From an uncultured Alphaproteobacteria bacterium (GTDB lineage: Bacteria > Pseudomonadota > Alphaproteobacteria > Rs-D84), in the NCBI GenBank assembly GCA_944392815.1, contig CALXXY010000002.1, positions 96,001-160,000 on the forward strand: a stretch of 64,000 bases of DNA, written 5' to 3'. Positions 46,197 to 56,325 of this stretch are shown here, one piece after another. The first letter of the stretch is position 1, and every line of letters begins with the position of its first letter. The notes under the pieces are model-generated. The model was not told the origin of the DNA, made no database searches, and worked only from the letters and a program-made list of their open reading frames with translations. The translations under genes and the position numbers were made by a program.

Positions 46197-47327
46197 TTTT
46201 ATTAACGCCAAAATTTGTTCAGATATAACATCTGCATCGAATCGGGCCAATCCTTCGCGCGCCAATTTCTGCATTTTACGCACGTTTATTTTTTCATTAT
46301 AAACATCAGACATACACGCCGCCAATTCATCTGCATTTCCGGGGCGAAACAATAATCCCCCCGCCCCATCAAACAAAATCTCTCTTGGCCCATTTTTACA
46401 ATCAGACGCAATATTCACCCGCCCCACAGCCGCGGACTCGACCAGAACTGTTGGCAAACCTTCGCTGAAACTGGACAAAATATTCGCCATTGCCCCACGC
46501 ATATATCCGAACGGGTTCGCCAACGGTCCCGTAAATATTATATTTTTCCCGGCCGACAGCGTTCCCGCCAATTGCTCATATTTTTCGCGAAAACTGCCCC
46601 CGCCAATAATGAACAGTTTTACATTCGGGCGATTATTTTGATTCCAAAATATATCAAACGCCCGCAACACAGTCGGAATATCTTTGTCCGCATACAGCCG
46701 TGACACACACGAAAAATATTTTCCGCGCGGCCGCACGGCCACATCTGACGCAGCCGCAACGCTTTTTAAATCCAACGGATTATATATCCGCATAACTTTA
46801 TCGGCATATTCTGGATATATCTTTTTAAATTCATCTGTAAACCCATCGGTCAGCGCAACCATCATGTCATAATTTTTCATATACCGAATATATTTCCCAG
46901 ACACAAAAGTATTAATTGACGCATGCCACCACGCAATTTTTGGTTTACGCACATTTTTAAATTCTGAATTAAATGAAAAATTGTAATAATCGACATATAA
47001 ATCAATGTCGCCCGCACCACGCAATCCATGCAACACGCGCAACCACCACCGATACACATCGCGGCACCAATGCTGAATTAATCGCAACAAAAAGAAATGC
47101 GCCAAATCGGTCCCCAACCAACGCGATGGATACAGCGTAAACAAATGTACATTCGGGTGCGCAGCGAACCAATCCAGATAAACGGGCTCTTTGACCTTGG
47201 CATATGTCACAACAAACAATTCCAAATGTTTGTTTTTAACCAATTCGTCCAGTGTGCGAATCAATACTGACTCGACACCGCCTATTTTCATATCACGCAC
47301 ACAAAACGCTATTTTAATTTTTTTCAT
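46185..47327 (-). CDS. GT4 (GT-B) glycosyltransferase
   Basis: GGVE, IYNP and SS.SEGLPTVLVE...GPREIL motifs. Confidence 0.9.
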   Translation of the reverse strand: MKKIKIAFCVRDMKIGGVESVLIRTLDELVKNKHLELFVVTYAKVKEPVYLDWFAAHPNVHLFTLYPSRWLGTDLAHFFLLRLIQHWCRDVYRWWLRVLHGLRGAGDIDLYVDYYNFSFNSEFKNVRKPKIAWWHASINTFVSGKYIRYMKNYDMMVALTDGFTDEFKKIYPEYADKVMRIYNPLDLKSVAAASDVAVRPRGKYFSCVSRLYADKDIPTVLRAFDIFWNQNNRPNVKLFIIGGGSFREKYEQLAGTLSAGKNIIFTGPLANPFGYMRGAMANILSSFSEGLPTVLVESAAVGRVNIASDCKNGPREILFDGAGGLLFRPGNADELAACMSDVYNEKINVRKMQKLAREGLARFDADVISEQILALIKSYA

Positions 47328-48349
47328 TTATCACAGATTTTTATAAACCGGCAAATTTTGCAGCGCAATTTGCGCGCCCACCGACATGGTGGCATATCCA
47401 ACGCCCCCATTTTTTCCAATTCAACAAATCGCGCGCGCGCAGCGTCCAAATCTGCCCTGTTGTCCAGATATTTAATTTTTCGAAACGCCCATTTAATAAA
47501 ATACCATTTAAAATTTTTAGACCATTGACGCATTTGATATTCATTGGCGTTTTTCTGATACCGAACAAAAGCATCAGCAATTCCATCGCACAAACTGTGC
47601 AAAATGCGCAACTGTTTGGCGGACAAAACAATTCCACCAAAATTCGTCACATAAAAATATAACGGCAAAGGCGCAATTGTCACCCGTGGATTTTTCAACA
47701 TCACAGCCGACCACCACGGAAAATCTTCGAACAAAATACCTTTGATAAATGGTGTATCAGCAATTAATTCACGCCGATATAAATTTTTCCAAACCTGGCA
47801 ATGTTTAACCAACCATTTGCGTTTTGGATTAAACGCATTGTGCGCGCGTTCCGTCGCATACGCGTAAATATCGTCGGTCACCAATGTTTTCACAGCGGCC
47901 GGATTATATTTTTTATGCGCGCGCCACGGCACAACATTATCAGTATCCATTTTCAAAACATGCCGCACCATTAATTGCGGGCGATAAATTCTGTCATACG
48001 TGAACGACACAATATCCGCCCCATCGCGCATAGCCAGAAAATATGCAATTTCCATAGTTTGCGGGTGAATAAAATCATCGCTGTCCAAAAACAAAATGAA
48101 ATCCCCATCGGCCACCTGCATACCGGCATTACGTGCGTCCGACAGTCCCCCGTTCTTTTTGGTAATAATTTTAAATCGCGAATCACGTGCGGCATATTCG
48201 TCCAATATAGCGGCCGAATTATCAGGACTGCCGTCATTTACACAAATTGCCTGCCAATCAGAAAACGTCTGATTTAAAACACTGTCCAAACACCGCCGCA
48301 AATATTTTTCAACATTATATATTGGAATAATCACAGATATTGCGGGCAT
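47324..48349 (-). CDS. GT2 glycosyltransferase
   Basis: ISVIIPIYN, VNDGSPD, GLS.ARN.G, FLDSDD and FED motifs. Confidence 0.92.
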   Translation of the reverse strand: MPAISVIIPIYNVEKYLRRCLDSVLNQTFSDWQAICVNDGSPDNSAAILDEYAARDSRFKIITKKNGGLSDARNAGMQVADGDFILFLDSDDFIHPQTMEIAYFLAMRDGADIVSFTYDRIYRPQLMVRHVLKMDTDNVVPWRAHKKYNPAAVKTLVTDDIYAYATERAHNAFNPKRKWLVKHCQVWKNLYRRELIADTPFIKGILFEDFPWWSAVMLKNPRVTIAPLPLYFYVTNFGGIVLSAKQLRILHSLCDGIADAFVRYQKNANEYQMRQWSKNFKWYFIKWAFRKIKYLDNRADLDAARARFVELEKMGALDMPPCRWARKLRCKICRFIKICDK

Positions 48350-48370
48350 ATTTGAATCCTTTGTCTGGGG

Positions 48371-49279
48371 TTAATTTTTATACATTTTATTAATCATCAC
48401 GTCGGCAAAACTGCCCGGGACGGGATTTTTCGCCTGGGCATAGGTCGTTTTTTGGAAAAACGCACCCGACGTCACACGGTCAAAAGTTTCCTGATTAAAC
48501 GGCTTGTCCGCATACGCCCACCACAGCGCATGTGTTGGATCCTGGTCCACATGGGGCATTTTGGCAAAATATTTTTTTGCCCGCGCATCATTTGTCACCA
48601 AAGTTTTAAACAGCAACTGGTGCATAAAATAATCAAAACTGTGATTTTCGTGCACCCAATAATCCAGTATCATCGCGCGCCACGCGTCCAGCAAATACGC
48701 ACCACGCCGCGCACGAATGAAACAATTTTGTATAAAACTGTACGGACTGCCAACATGCTGACCCGCCATATAGACAAAGAAATCCTCTTTCATAATCCAG
48801 TCGGGAATTGGCGCGGTCGCAAATCCGGTTGAATCCAACCAAACACCACCATGTTCATACAGCAATTCCACACGACAAATATCGGCAAAATGCGCATTTT
48901 TAATTTTACCCGCCGCACGTTTTTCCCAAATAATATCGGGCAAAGTAATATATTCGCGCAACGATTTTTCGTCCAAAACCACCAATTCCTGTTTACAGTT
49001 TTTACGCACACTGCGAAAACATGCCTGAACCAATGGCGGTGCACTTTGTTCACCCTGCAACCATATGGTAAAAATTTTTTCACGCCCCGCATCGCGTTCA
49101 ACGGGCCGTTCCACCACCGCGGCCGCAGCCGGCAAATATCGCCGAAAATATCGTGGAATCACACGCGAAATCACATCGCTGCGCACAGCGCGCCGCGTTT
49201 TTCTGTCGCGCCAAAACCAGTTCAACACATGGCCCTGAATAATAATTTCAGTCATGGCCCAAAATCTGGACAAGTTCAT
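48371..49279 (-). CDS. Capsular polysaccharide synthesis protein (DxD, GT32-like)
   Basis: WLQG...APPLV..C, FAD.CR.ELL...GGVWLDST and DYF motifs. Confidence 0.85.
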   Translation of the reverse strand: MNLSRFWAMTEIIIQGHVLNWFWRDRKTRRAVRSDVISRVIPRYFRRYLPAAAAVVERPVERDAGREKIFTIWLQGEQSAPPLVQACFRSVRKNCKQELVVLDEKSLREYITLPDIIWEKRAAGKIKNAHFADICRVELLYEHGGVWLDSTGFATAPIPDWIMKEDFFVYMAGQHVGSPYSFIQNCFIRARRGAYLLDAWRAMILDYWVHENHSFDYFMHQLLFKTLVTNDARAKKYFAKMPHVDQDPTHALWWAYADKPFNQETFDRVTSGAFFQKTTYAQAKNPVPGSFADVMINKMYKN

Positions 49280-49322
49280 AAAATTTTCCTTTGTATAATT
49301 ATTCTTCGATGTCTCTCATCTC

Positions 49323-50417
49323 TTACTCCATATCAATTGGTGCACTGTCCTGGCCGACGGTATCATCATCAGCCGCGGGCCCAGTTGTCATTTCTTCGGC
49401 TATGCCATTTGCACGCGCCATGATTTTATCCAACAGTTCCTGTTGTGCATCTGGGTGATCACGCAACCATTGGCGTGCATTATTTTCACCCTGGCCCATA
49501 CGTTCATTATTATACGAATAAAAACTGCCGGCTTTTTCAATTAAATCGTATTTTACACCCATATCCAAAATTTCACTTATGCGCGAAATACCTTCGCCAT
49601 ACATGATTTTGAAATCCACAGTACGGAACGGTGGTGCGACTTTGTTTTTCACAACCTTGACCCGGGTTTCATTTCCGATGATGTTTTCTTTGTCCTTTAT
49701 CTGGCCAGTGCGACGAATATCCAAACGCACCGACGCATAGAATTTCAAAGCATTCCCCCCAGACGTAGTTTCCGGATTACCAAACATCACCCCAATTTTC
49801 ATACGAATTTGGTTGATAAAGATTAACAGCGTATTACTGCGCGACACAGACCCCGCCAGTTTTTTCAAACTTTGCGACATTAAACGCGCGGTTGTTCCAA
49901 CAAAAGAATCCCCGATATTACCCTCCAGTTCTGCTTTGGGTACCAATGCCGCAACCGAATCGATAACGACCACATCGACCGCGCCAGATTTAATCAAAGT
50001 ATCTGCGATTTCCAACGCCTGTTCCCCAGAATCTGGCTGGGATATAATTAAATTAGCAACGTCAACGCCCAATTTTTTTGCATAACTGGGATCCAACGCA
50101 TTTTCAGCATCAATATACGCACACGTGCCGCCTTTTTTCTGGGCCTCGGCCACGGCATGCAACGCCAGTGTTGTTTTACCACTGCTTTCCGGGCCGTAAA
50201 TTTCAACAATACGCCCGCGCGGATAACCACCAATCCCCAGCGCAATGTCCAACCCCAACGAACCGGACGAAATCGCCTCTATATTCTGTTGGGAACCATC
50301 GCCCATTTTCATGATGGCCTCTTTGCCGAATTGCTTTTGAATTTGTGCCAATGCAGATTCCAACGCCGGATTTTTTGCCGGTGCGGCTGCGGTATTTGCT
50401 GCTTCTTTTTTTGCCAT
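49323..50417 (-). CDS. recA: Recombinase RecA
   Basis: [41 protein letters not shown] and KNKVAPPF motifs. Confidence 0.98.
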   Translation of the reverse strand: MAKKEAANTAAAPAKNPALESALAQIQKQFGKEAIMKMGDGSQQNIEAISSGSLGLDIALGIGGYPRGRIVEIYGPESSGKTTLALHAVAEAQKKGGTCAYIDAENALDPSYAKKLGVDVANLIISQPDSGEQALEIADTLIKSGAVDVVVIDSVAALVPKAELEGNIGDSFVGTTARLMSQSLKKLAGSVSRSNTLLIFINQIRMKIGVMFGNPETTSGGNALKFYASVRLDIRRTGQIKDKENIIGNETRVKVVKNKVAPPFRTVDFKIMYGEGISRISEILDMGVKYDLIEKAGSFYSYNNERMGQGENNARQWLRDHPDAQQELLDKIMARANGIAEEMTTGPAADDDTVGQDSAPIDME

Positions 50418-50505
50418 TAAAAATCCCCTTTACTTATCAGCAAAATGATACAATTTATTTATGCCATGCGCAATTAAAATCAAAATTTTACGCGCATACA
50501 CAAAT

Positions 50506-51690
50506 TTATTTTTTGACAACGACCAACAACGCCGACAGCGCCCCAATAATCGCCGTCACCACCCACACAGCCGATGTCCCGCCAAACATCGTAATACACG
50601 CCGCCCCCAACAAAGGCGCAACAACATTTGGCAAATTCACACTGGTGCGAAACACACCATAAAATTTCGTCTGTTCGGATTTTTTCGCAGTATCAAAAAA
50701 CAACAAATCATGCACAGATTCCATTAACGCCCCCGATATTTGCCACGCAACAAATATCACCAACAACGGCCAACCTGTTGTAAACACAGCCAACCCAGAC
50801 AATACCGCGAACGACACAAACCCAATTGTTAACCATTTTTTCTTGCCATATCTGCGAACCAAATGCGCCATGGCGTCCGACAATAATAAATACGGCACAA
50901 TCCCCAGGGTCAACACCCAACCCAATGTATCTTTGGAAAATCCATTTTCAATAACAATAATTGGCACATATAAATACCGCATTGCCCGCAACGCATAATA
51001 TCCAAAATTCACCGCATACGCACGTGGCATACCGGACCGCCGGAAAAAATCAATGGCATTTTTAATCAACGCCCGCGCAGTTTTGCGGGGATTTACCGGC
51101 TTGATTTTTTTATCCTCTTGGGTGATGCGGAATAATTTGAACGCCAACCACCCAGCGAAATAAATCGCCGCAGACGCAAAAAACGCGGCCCTGTTATTAA
51201 ATTGCCCAGCAATTGCGACCGCAATCATAGGCGCAAAAAACGCCCCAACATTGGTCCACAAATGATACCGCGAATTTAATCGCGCCATACCAATGCGCCC
51301 TGAAAAATCAGACATAAACAGCGGAATCAACACCCCCACCAACGTAATTGCAATCCCCGTCGTATAATCCAAAATCACAAAAGTACTGGGCCGAATAGAA
51401 AACCCCATCATCGCATAGCAAATTGCCAAAAACAACAAAGCGAAATAAAACACGCGAACCTTGGAAAACCGGCGCAATATTTCATTGGCAAACAGCCCAA
51501 CAATCATACAAAACGCGGCATAAATACCAACATACACACCAACAGTCGCAGAACTGGCAAATATTTCCATTAACACCAACGAATACACAGCATTATAAAT
51601 ACCGTCGGCAAATCCAGTAAACAACCCCAGGTTCGCGAACGAAAACCCGCTGACGCCACTTTTAACAGAAACGTATTTATCCCGTGCCAT
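50506..51690 (-). CDS. MFS transporter
   Basis: About 12 hydrophobic helices in two halves, with an RRYGKK loop motif. Confidence 0.8.
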   Translation of the reverse strand: MARDKYVSVKSGVSGFSFANLGLFTGFADGIYNAVYSLVLMEIFASSATVGVYVGIYAAFCMIVGLFANEILRRFSKVRVFYFALLFLAICYAMMGFSIRPSTFVILDYTTGIAITLVGVLIPLFMSDFSGRIGMARLNSRYHLWTNVGAFFAPMIAVAIAGQFNNRAAFFASAAIYFAGWLAFKLFRITQEDKKIKPVNPRKTARALIKNAIDFFRRSGMPRAYAVNFGYYALRAMRYLYVPIIVIENGFSKDTLGWVLTLGIVPYLLLSDAMAHLVRRYGKKKWLTIGFVSFAVLSGLAVFTTGWPLLVIFVAWQISGALMESVHDLLFFDTAKKSEQTKFYGVFRTSVNLPNVVAPLLGAACITMFGGTSAVWVVTAIIGALSALLVVVKK

Positions 51691-51767
51691 AGCAGATATA
51701 TTATATCACACCCCAGCCCAAAATAAAAATCCCGACACATTATTTTATGTAAAAAGAAACTCGGCCT

Positions 51768-51829
51768 CGTCCCGTCGCGGAACAAAGTTCCCCTCTGCGG
51801 AGGGGTGGCGCGCTTTGCGCGACGGGACG
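51768..51829. repeat. GC-rich REP-like palindrome
   Basis: CGTCCCGTCGCG...CGCGACGGGACG enclosing the inner hairpin CCCCTC-TGCG-GAGGGG. Confidence 0.6.
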
Positions 51830-51885
51830 CGCAGACAAATTCATATTATCCTGTTGATAATGTTAATGCAAACACCATGTCGTAA

Positions 51886-51917
51886 TAAAAAACAGTCCGC
51901 GCCCATCGGGCACGGAC
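51886..51917 (-). terminator. secB terminator
   Basis: Minus strand GTCCGTGCCC-GAT-GGGCGCGGAC followed by TGTTTTTT. Confidence 0.7.
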
Positions 51918-51943
51918 CATAACAACACTCTATACTCTGAACT

Positions 51944-52405
51944 TTATTTGTTGGCTTCTGCCGGCTGCTGCGGCTGTTGTGCCTTTTTCTGTTTTTCTTC
52001 GTACAGTTTTTCGAAATCAACCGGCTGCATAACAAATGTTGGGAATCCGGATTCAGACGTCATACGCGCCATCAACGCACGCACTGACGGGAACAACAAA
52101 GTCGGCACATTAATCAACAAAGTGCGTTTTTTAACTTCCTCGTCTTTTTCTTCCTCCATCTGAACCAGACCAGAATAAGTAGATTCAATCAGGAATATAG
52201 ATTTATCGCCATTTTCCAATTTTGAATGAATTTTTGTAATCAAATCCACCATAAACAAGTTGTTTTCTGCGCCCTTGATTTGAATATCGATATTGATTTC
52301 CATTTTGGCCTGGCCATTATCGCTTTTGAAAAACAATTCAGGCACGTTCGGGCTTTCGAACGAAAAATCTTTCAGGAATTGTGTAATGATGTTAAATTTT
52401 GCCAT
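51944..52405 (-). CDS. secB: Protein-export chaperone SecB
   Basis: QFLKDFSFESP.VP, P.LLFP and GFP....PVDF..LY motifs. Confidence 0.93.
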   Translation of the reverse strand: MAKFNIITQFLKDFSFESPNVPELFFKSDNGQAKMEINIDIQIKGAENNLFMVDLITKIHSKLENGDKSIFLIESTYSGLVQMEEEKDEEVKKRTLLINVPTLLFPSVRALMARMTSESGFPTFVMQPVDFEKLYEEKQKKAQQPQQPAEANK

Positions 52406-52487
52406 TGCGTTTACTCCTTTTTTTACGCATCATTTTATGATAATATAGCATTATAAATATGATTTTACAAGTGGGGGGATTAACAAA

Positions 52488-53588
52488 ATGTCACATTGGA
52501 TAAAACGGACAATATTCCGTACATTTGGGGCTGTGCTGTGCCTGGCGGCATTAACATCGTGCGACGTATCCACCCCAACCCACAGTGGTGACAATTCTGT
52601 AATCCCGTCAAACCTGCGCATGGTGTCATATAATGAATTGCCCGGCTGGCGCGATGACGATGTGCGCTATGCTCTGCAGGCGTTTCGTAATTCATGCCGT
52701 GCAAAAATTCAATTTACCGGCCGCGTAATCCCAGACCGCGCATTATTTGCCGAAAAATGCAGAATGTTGCCGTCTGCGTCGGCCGACGTTGCAACAATTC
52801 GCGCATGGTTCGAATCCAATTTCCAACCGTACCAGATTTTTGACGACAACGGTGGCGACACAGGCCTGTATACTGGATATTATTCGCCGATAATTCCGGG
52901 CTGTCGCACAAAAACCGCCCAATGCAACGAACCGCTAATGGGCGTCCCAACCGACGGCCGTAATTACAAGGGCGTCCCCAAAAAACAAATCGTAGAACAG
53001 CAAATCGGCCGGCCATTATATTGGGCAAACATCGTTGACGTTCAAAACATTCAAATCCAGGGCAGCGGCATGTTGCAACTGGACGACGGTACAATGGTCA
53101 AATTGAATTTCGCCGCAGTAAATGATTTACCATTCAAATCAATTGGTGAACAATTGCGCGCCCGTGGGATTCGCCCGCCAAACGGCTATTCCGCAGACGC
53201 AGTGTGGCAATACCTGAAACAAAACCCAACACTGGCGCGCGAAGTAATTTATAACAATCCGCGCTATGTGTATTTTTACGAATCCGTTCCACCGGACGTC
53301 ATCGGCAAATTGGGAACACCGCTGTCAAAAATCCGTTCCATTGCAATGGACGACGACATTTATACATTGGGATTGCCGGTATACGTTGCGACGTCACTGT
53401 CAGACGGGCGCCAGTTCCGTCGCCTGATGATTGCCCAGGACACCGGCAGTGCCATTCGCGGCTGGATTCGTGCCGACATCTTTTTCGGCAAAGGTGACGA
53501 AGCATATCAATTTGCCCACGGCCAACATTCAATGGGAAAAATGTATATCCTGATGCCCAAAGAATACACATATGTCAAACCTGAATAA
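52488..53588 (+). CDS. mltA: Membrane-bound lytic transglycosylase MltA (lipoprotein)
   Basis: Lipobox LTSC, TGYY.P, QIQGSG, NPRYVYF and AQDTGSAIRG..RADIFFG motifs. Confidence 0.93.
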   Translation: MSHWIKRTIFRTFGAVLCLAALTSCDVSTPTHSGDNSVIPSNLRMVSYNELPGWRDDDVRYALQAFRNSCRAKIQFTGRVIPDRALFAEKCRMLPSASADVATIRAWFESNFQPYQIFDDNGGDTGLYTGYYSPIIPGCRTKTAQCNEPLMGVPTDGRNYKGVPKKQIVEQQIGRPLYWANIVDVQNIQIQGSGMLQLDDGTMVKLNFAAVNDLPFKSIGEQLRARGIRPPNGYSADAVWQYLKQNPTLAREVIYNNPRYVYFYESVPPDVIGKLGTPLSKIRSIAMDDDIYTLGLPVYVATSLSDGRQFRRLMIAQDTGSAIRGWIRADIFFGKGDEAYQFAHGQHSMGKMYILMPKEYTYVKPE

Positions 53589-53901
53589 AAAATTTGAAAA
53601 ACGCAGTGCCCGCCCTGGCACCATCGGTGGTGCAATGGGTGAACTGTTGCAAATTTTTGGCATACGCGCATCGGACGCGGATTTGGCCGCGCGATGGGAT
53701 AAAATCATGGGTCCTGAAATCGCAGGCGTTGCAAAATTGGCGGCAATTAAAAAAATGCGCGATGGTCGATTTAATATCACCCTGCGCCCGGCGAATCCGG
53801 CATTCACATTACAATTATCATATATGGAAAATGAAATAAAAAATAAAATAAATAAATATTTCGGTCGCGACGCCGTCGCCAAAATCAGTTTCCGCAGATA
53901 A
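53572..53901 (+). CDS. DciA/DUF721-family protein
   Basis: W..IMG..IA, L......I..KIN.YFG..AV..I motifs. Confidence 0.8.
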   Translation: MSNLNKKFEKRSARPGTIGGAMGELLQIFGIRASDADLAARWDKIMGPEIAGVAKLAAIKKMRDGRFNITLRPANPAFTLQLSYMENEIKNKINKYFGRDAVAKISFRR

Positions 53902-53925
53902 AGCACTACACAGAATCCCCCCCTT

Positions 53926-53954
53926 GTCATCGCGAGCAAAGCGTGGCGATCCAG
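53926..53954. repeat. Short REP/RPE-like palindrome
   Basis: GTCATCGCGAGCAAAGCGTGGCGATCCAG, with ATCGC...GCGAT arms. Confidence 0.5.
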
Positions 53955-53994
53955 TAAATAAAAAGTACTGCGGGCGTACCACCCGCAGACAACA

Positions 53995-54032
53995 TCTACA
54001 CTCTATACTCTACACTCTACACTCTCCACTCT
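53995..54032. repeat. Heptamer tandem repeat (TCTACAC x about 5.4)
   Basis: TCTACAC TCTATAC TCTACAC TCTACAC TCTCCAC TCT. Confidence 0.85.
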
Positions 54033-54062
54033 GTTATTGTCACGCTGTGCGCGACAATAACT

Positions 54063-54347
54063 TTACTGTTTGTTTATCACGCGTCTTTCCCACCAAACGG
54101 CAATTGCCGGCACCAGGAATATTACAACACCCGCCAATCCCCACAGTGCCAATGCGCCAATCGCATAAACATAAAACATCGGTGCAGACACACCCGTCAC
54201 CCACACCCCAAAATACATAACCGCCGGCACAAAAGTCAACGCCCATATCAACAACACTAACAAAGTATTCACCGCAAAAGCCCGAAACAAAATGCGCTGC
54301 TTGGACAATAATTTCATTTGACGTTTTCCAGAAAAATCTTTTTTCAT
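54063..54347 (-). CDS. Small two-TM hypothetical membrane protein
   Basis: Hydrophobic ORF with AAGGTGG upstream. Ends FLVPAIAVWWER. Confidence 0.7.
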   Translation of the reverse strand: MKKDFSGKRQMKLLSKQRILFRAFAVNTLLVLLIWALTFVPAVMYFGVWVTGVSAPMFYVYAIGALALWGLAGVVIFLVPAIAVWWERRVINKQ

Positions 54348-54395
54348 ATCTGCCACCTTTGGTTCATACATTATTATATCACATTAACAGATATA

Positions 54396-54872
54396 TTAAA
54401 ATTTGAATCTGCTCATATTCGCATGGGTCAACGCAATCGCAATAGCGTCACTTTCATCAGGCGTTTTTGGATTGGCGGCCGGCAACAACATACGCACCAT
54501 TTTATAAATTTGCTCTTTGCCCGCATGCCCCGCAGACGTCAGGGCTTTTTTAATTTTATTTGGTTCGTATTCAAAAATCGGAATATCCCGATTGGCCACC
54601 GCCACAATTGCCGCCGCACGCGCATGCCCCAAAATCAGCGTAGTTTTTGGATTTTGATTTACAAATGTAATTTCAATACTGCACACGTCCGGCGAAAATT
54701 TTTGACACAAATCGTCCACCCCGCGAAAAATAGTCACCAACCGTTCCGGCAACGGCAAATTCGATTTAGGCAAAATCACGCCACTGGCGACATAGTGATA
54801 CGCCGGCCCATCAACATCTATGACGGCCCACCCCGTATGCAACAAACCTGGATCAATTCCCAAAACCCGCAT
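54396..54872 (-). CDS. ruvC: Holliday junction resolvase RuvC
   Basis: LGIDPGL..TGW, E..FV and DESDAIAIA..H motifs. Confidence 0.96.
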   Translation of the reverse strand: MRVLGIDPGLLHTGWAVIDVDGPAYHYVASGVILPKSNLPLPERLVTIFRGVDDLCQKFSPDVCSIEITFVNQNPKTTLILGHARAAAIVAVANRDIPIFEYEPNKIKKALTSAGHAGKEQIYKMVRMLLPAANPKTPDESDAIAIALTHANMSRFKF

Positions 54873-54975
54873 TTTATACCTTTATATAATATGTAATATA
54901 ATAACATAATATAAAACTAATTACAAAAAATCCGCGCAGGTGGCGCGGATTTTAATTGCAACTGGTGCCCTGGAT

Positions 54976-55692
54976 TTATGCGGCGGCGGTGAAAACCTTC
55001 TGCACGTCGTCATTATCGTCCAACGCATCAACCAGTTTTTCCAATTTTGCATATGCTTCGTCGTCCAAATCCATAGGCATATTCGGAATCCATGTCAATT
55101 CGGCTTTTTCCGGTTCACCCAATTTATCGGCCAACACTTTTTGTACAGTCATAAAATCATCTGGCTTGGTCGTGATGATGAATCCATCTTCGTCAGATTC
55201 CAAATTGTCGGCATTTGCGTCCATAATGATTTCCATCATTTCATCTTCGCTTTTGCCGATGGACGCAGGATAGAAAATCTGACCAGCACGTGTGAACATA
55301 AATACAACACTGCCCTCTTCGCCCATGTTGCCACCATTTTTGGCAAAGATATTGCGAATTTCAGGAACGGTTCTGCGCGGGTTGTCGGTTAATGCCTCGA
55401 CAATAACGGGAACGGCGCCCGGACCATAACCCTCGTACCGCACGGCCACATAGTTTTCAGTATTTGCGCCAGATGCTTTGTCAATTGCGCGTTTAATATT
55501 GTCATTGGGCATAGAGTTTTTACGTGCATTTAAAATCGCCAAACGCAGACGCGGATTGTTATCCGGATTTTTATCGCCCAATTTGGCGGCCATAGTTATT
55601 TCACGCGCCAATTTTGTAAACAAACCACTGCGCGCCGCATCAACAGCACCCTTTTTGTGCTGAATGTTATGCCATTTGCTGTGTCCACTCAT
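54976..55692 (-). CDS. YebC/PmpR-family protein
   Basis: MSGHSKW.NI.HKK, YEGYGP, TDN..RT and DDVQ.V motifs. Confidence 0.95.
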   Translation of the reverse strand: MSGHSKWHNIQHKKGAVDAARSGLFTKLAREITMAAKLGDKNPDNNPRLRLAILNARKNSMPNDNIKRAIDKASGANTENYVAVRYEGYGPGAVPVIVEALTDNPRRTVPEIRNIFAKNGGNMGEEGSVVFMFTRAGQIFYPASIGKSEDEMMEIIMDANADNLESDEDGFIITTKPDDFMTVQKVLADKLGEPEKAELTWIPNMPMDLDDEAYAKLEKLVDALDDNDDVQKVFTAAA

Positions 55693-55744
55693 AATTTGAC
55701 CTTTTATATATATTGGATTAAAATTACTGGCAAAAGGATACCAA

Positions 55745-56323
55745 ATGATTGGAAAATTGCAAGGAAATGTTGACTACGTCGGTGACGGATTCATCATCTT
55801 GATGACAGGCGGCGTGGGATACAAAGTTTTTACCCCAGAATATCTGACGCCAAATTCCAATGTTTCCCTGTGGATTGAAACCGTCGTACGCGAGGATTCA
55901 ATTCGCCTGTTCGGTTTTTCATCAATTGCCGCACAAAATTTGTTTAATCAATTAACGGCTGTATCTGGCGTTGGCCCAAAATTGGCACTGGCAATAATGG
56001 GCGCGATTAAAACAGATACATTAATGACGGCAATCGCAACGGGCGACGCAAAAACAATCACCGCCGCCCCCGGGGTTGGTAAAAAAGTGGCCGAAAAAAT
56101 CATAGTCGAATTAAAATCCAAAATTGGCGGCGCATCATTTTCTGTACCGGGCGCGTCTGATACGTCTGGCGCCCTGCCCGATTTATTGGCCGCACTGGAA
56201 TCATTGGGATACAGACGTTTGGACATTGTGGACATGGCACAAAAATTGGTATCGGAAAATCCAGACGCCGATGTATCAAAACTGGTACCAATGGCATTAA
56301 AACAAATCAGCGGGAATAAATAA
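55745..56323 (+). CDS. ruvA: Holliday junction branch migration protein RuvA
   Basis: GVGY, VRED...LFGF, VSGVGPKLA, PGVGKK.AE.I..ELK and AL..LGY motifs. Confidence 0.95.
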   Translation: MIGKLQGNVDYVGDGFIILMTGGVGYKVFTPEYLTPNSNVSLWIETVVREDSIRLFGFSSIAAQNLFNQLTAVSGVGPKLALAIMGAIKTDTLMTAIATGDAKTITAAPGVGKKVAEKIIVELKSKIGGASFSVPGASDTSGALPDLLAALESLGYRRLDIVDMAQKLVSENPDADVSKLVPMALKQISGNK

Positions 56324-56325
56324 AT

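Noticed and set aside
51728-51755. dif-like 28-mer AATCCCGACAC-ATTATT-TTATGTAAAAA, and a similar XerD-like arm at about 57648-57660 on the minus strand
   Set aside because: Only the XerD arm matches well. The plus strand appears C/A-rich on both sides, so no skew switch marking a terminus is visible. A genome-wide skew plot would be needed.
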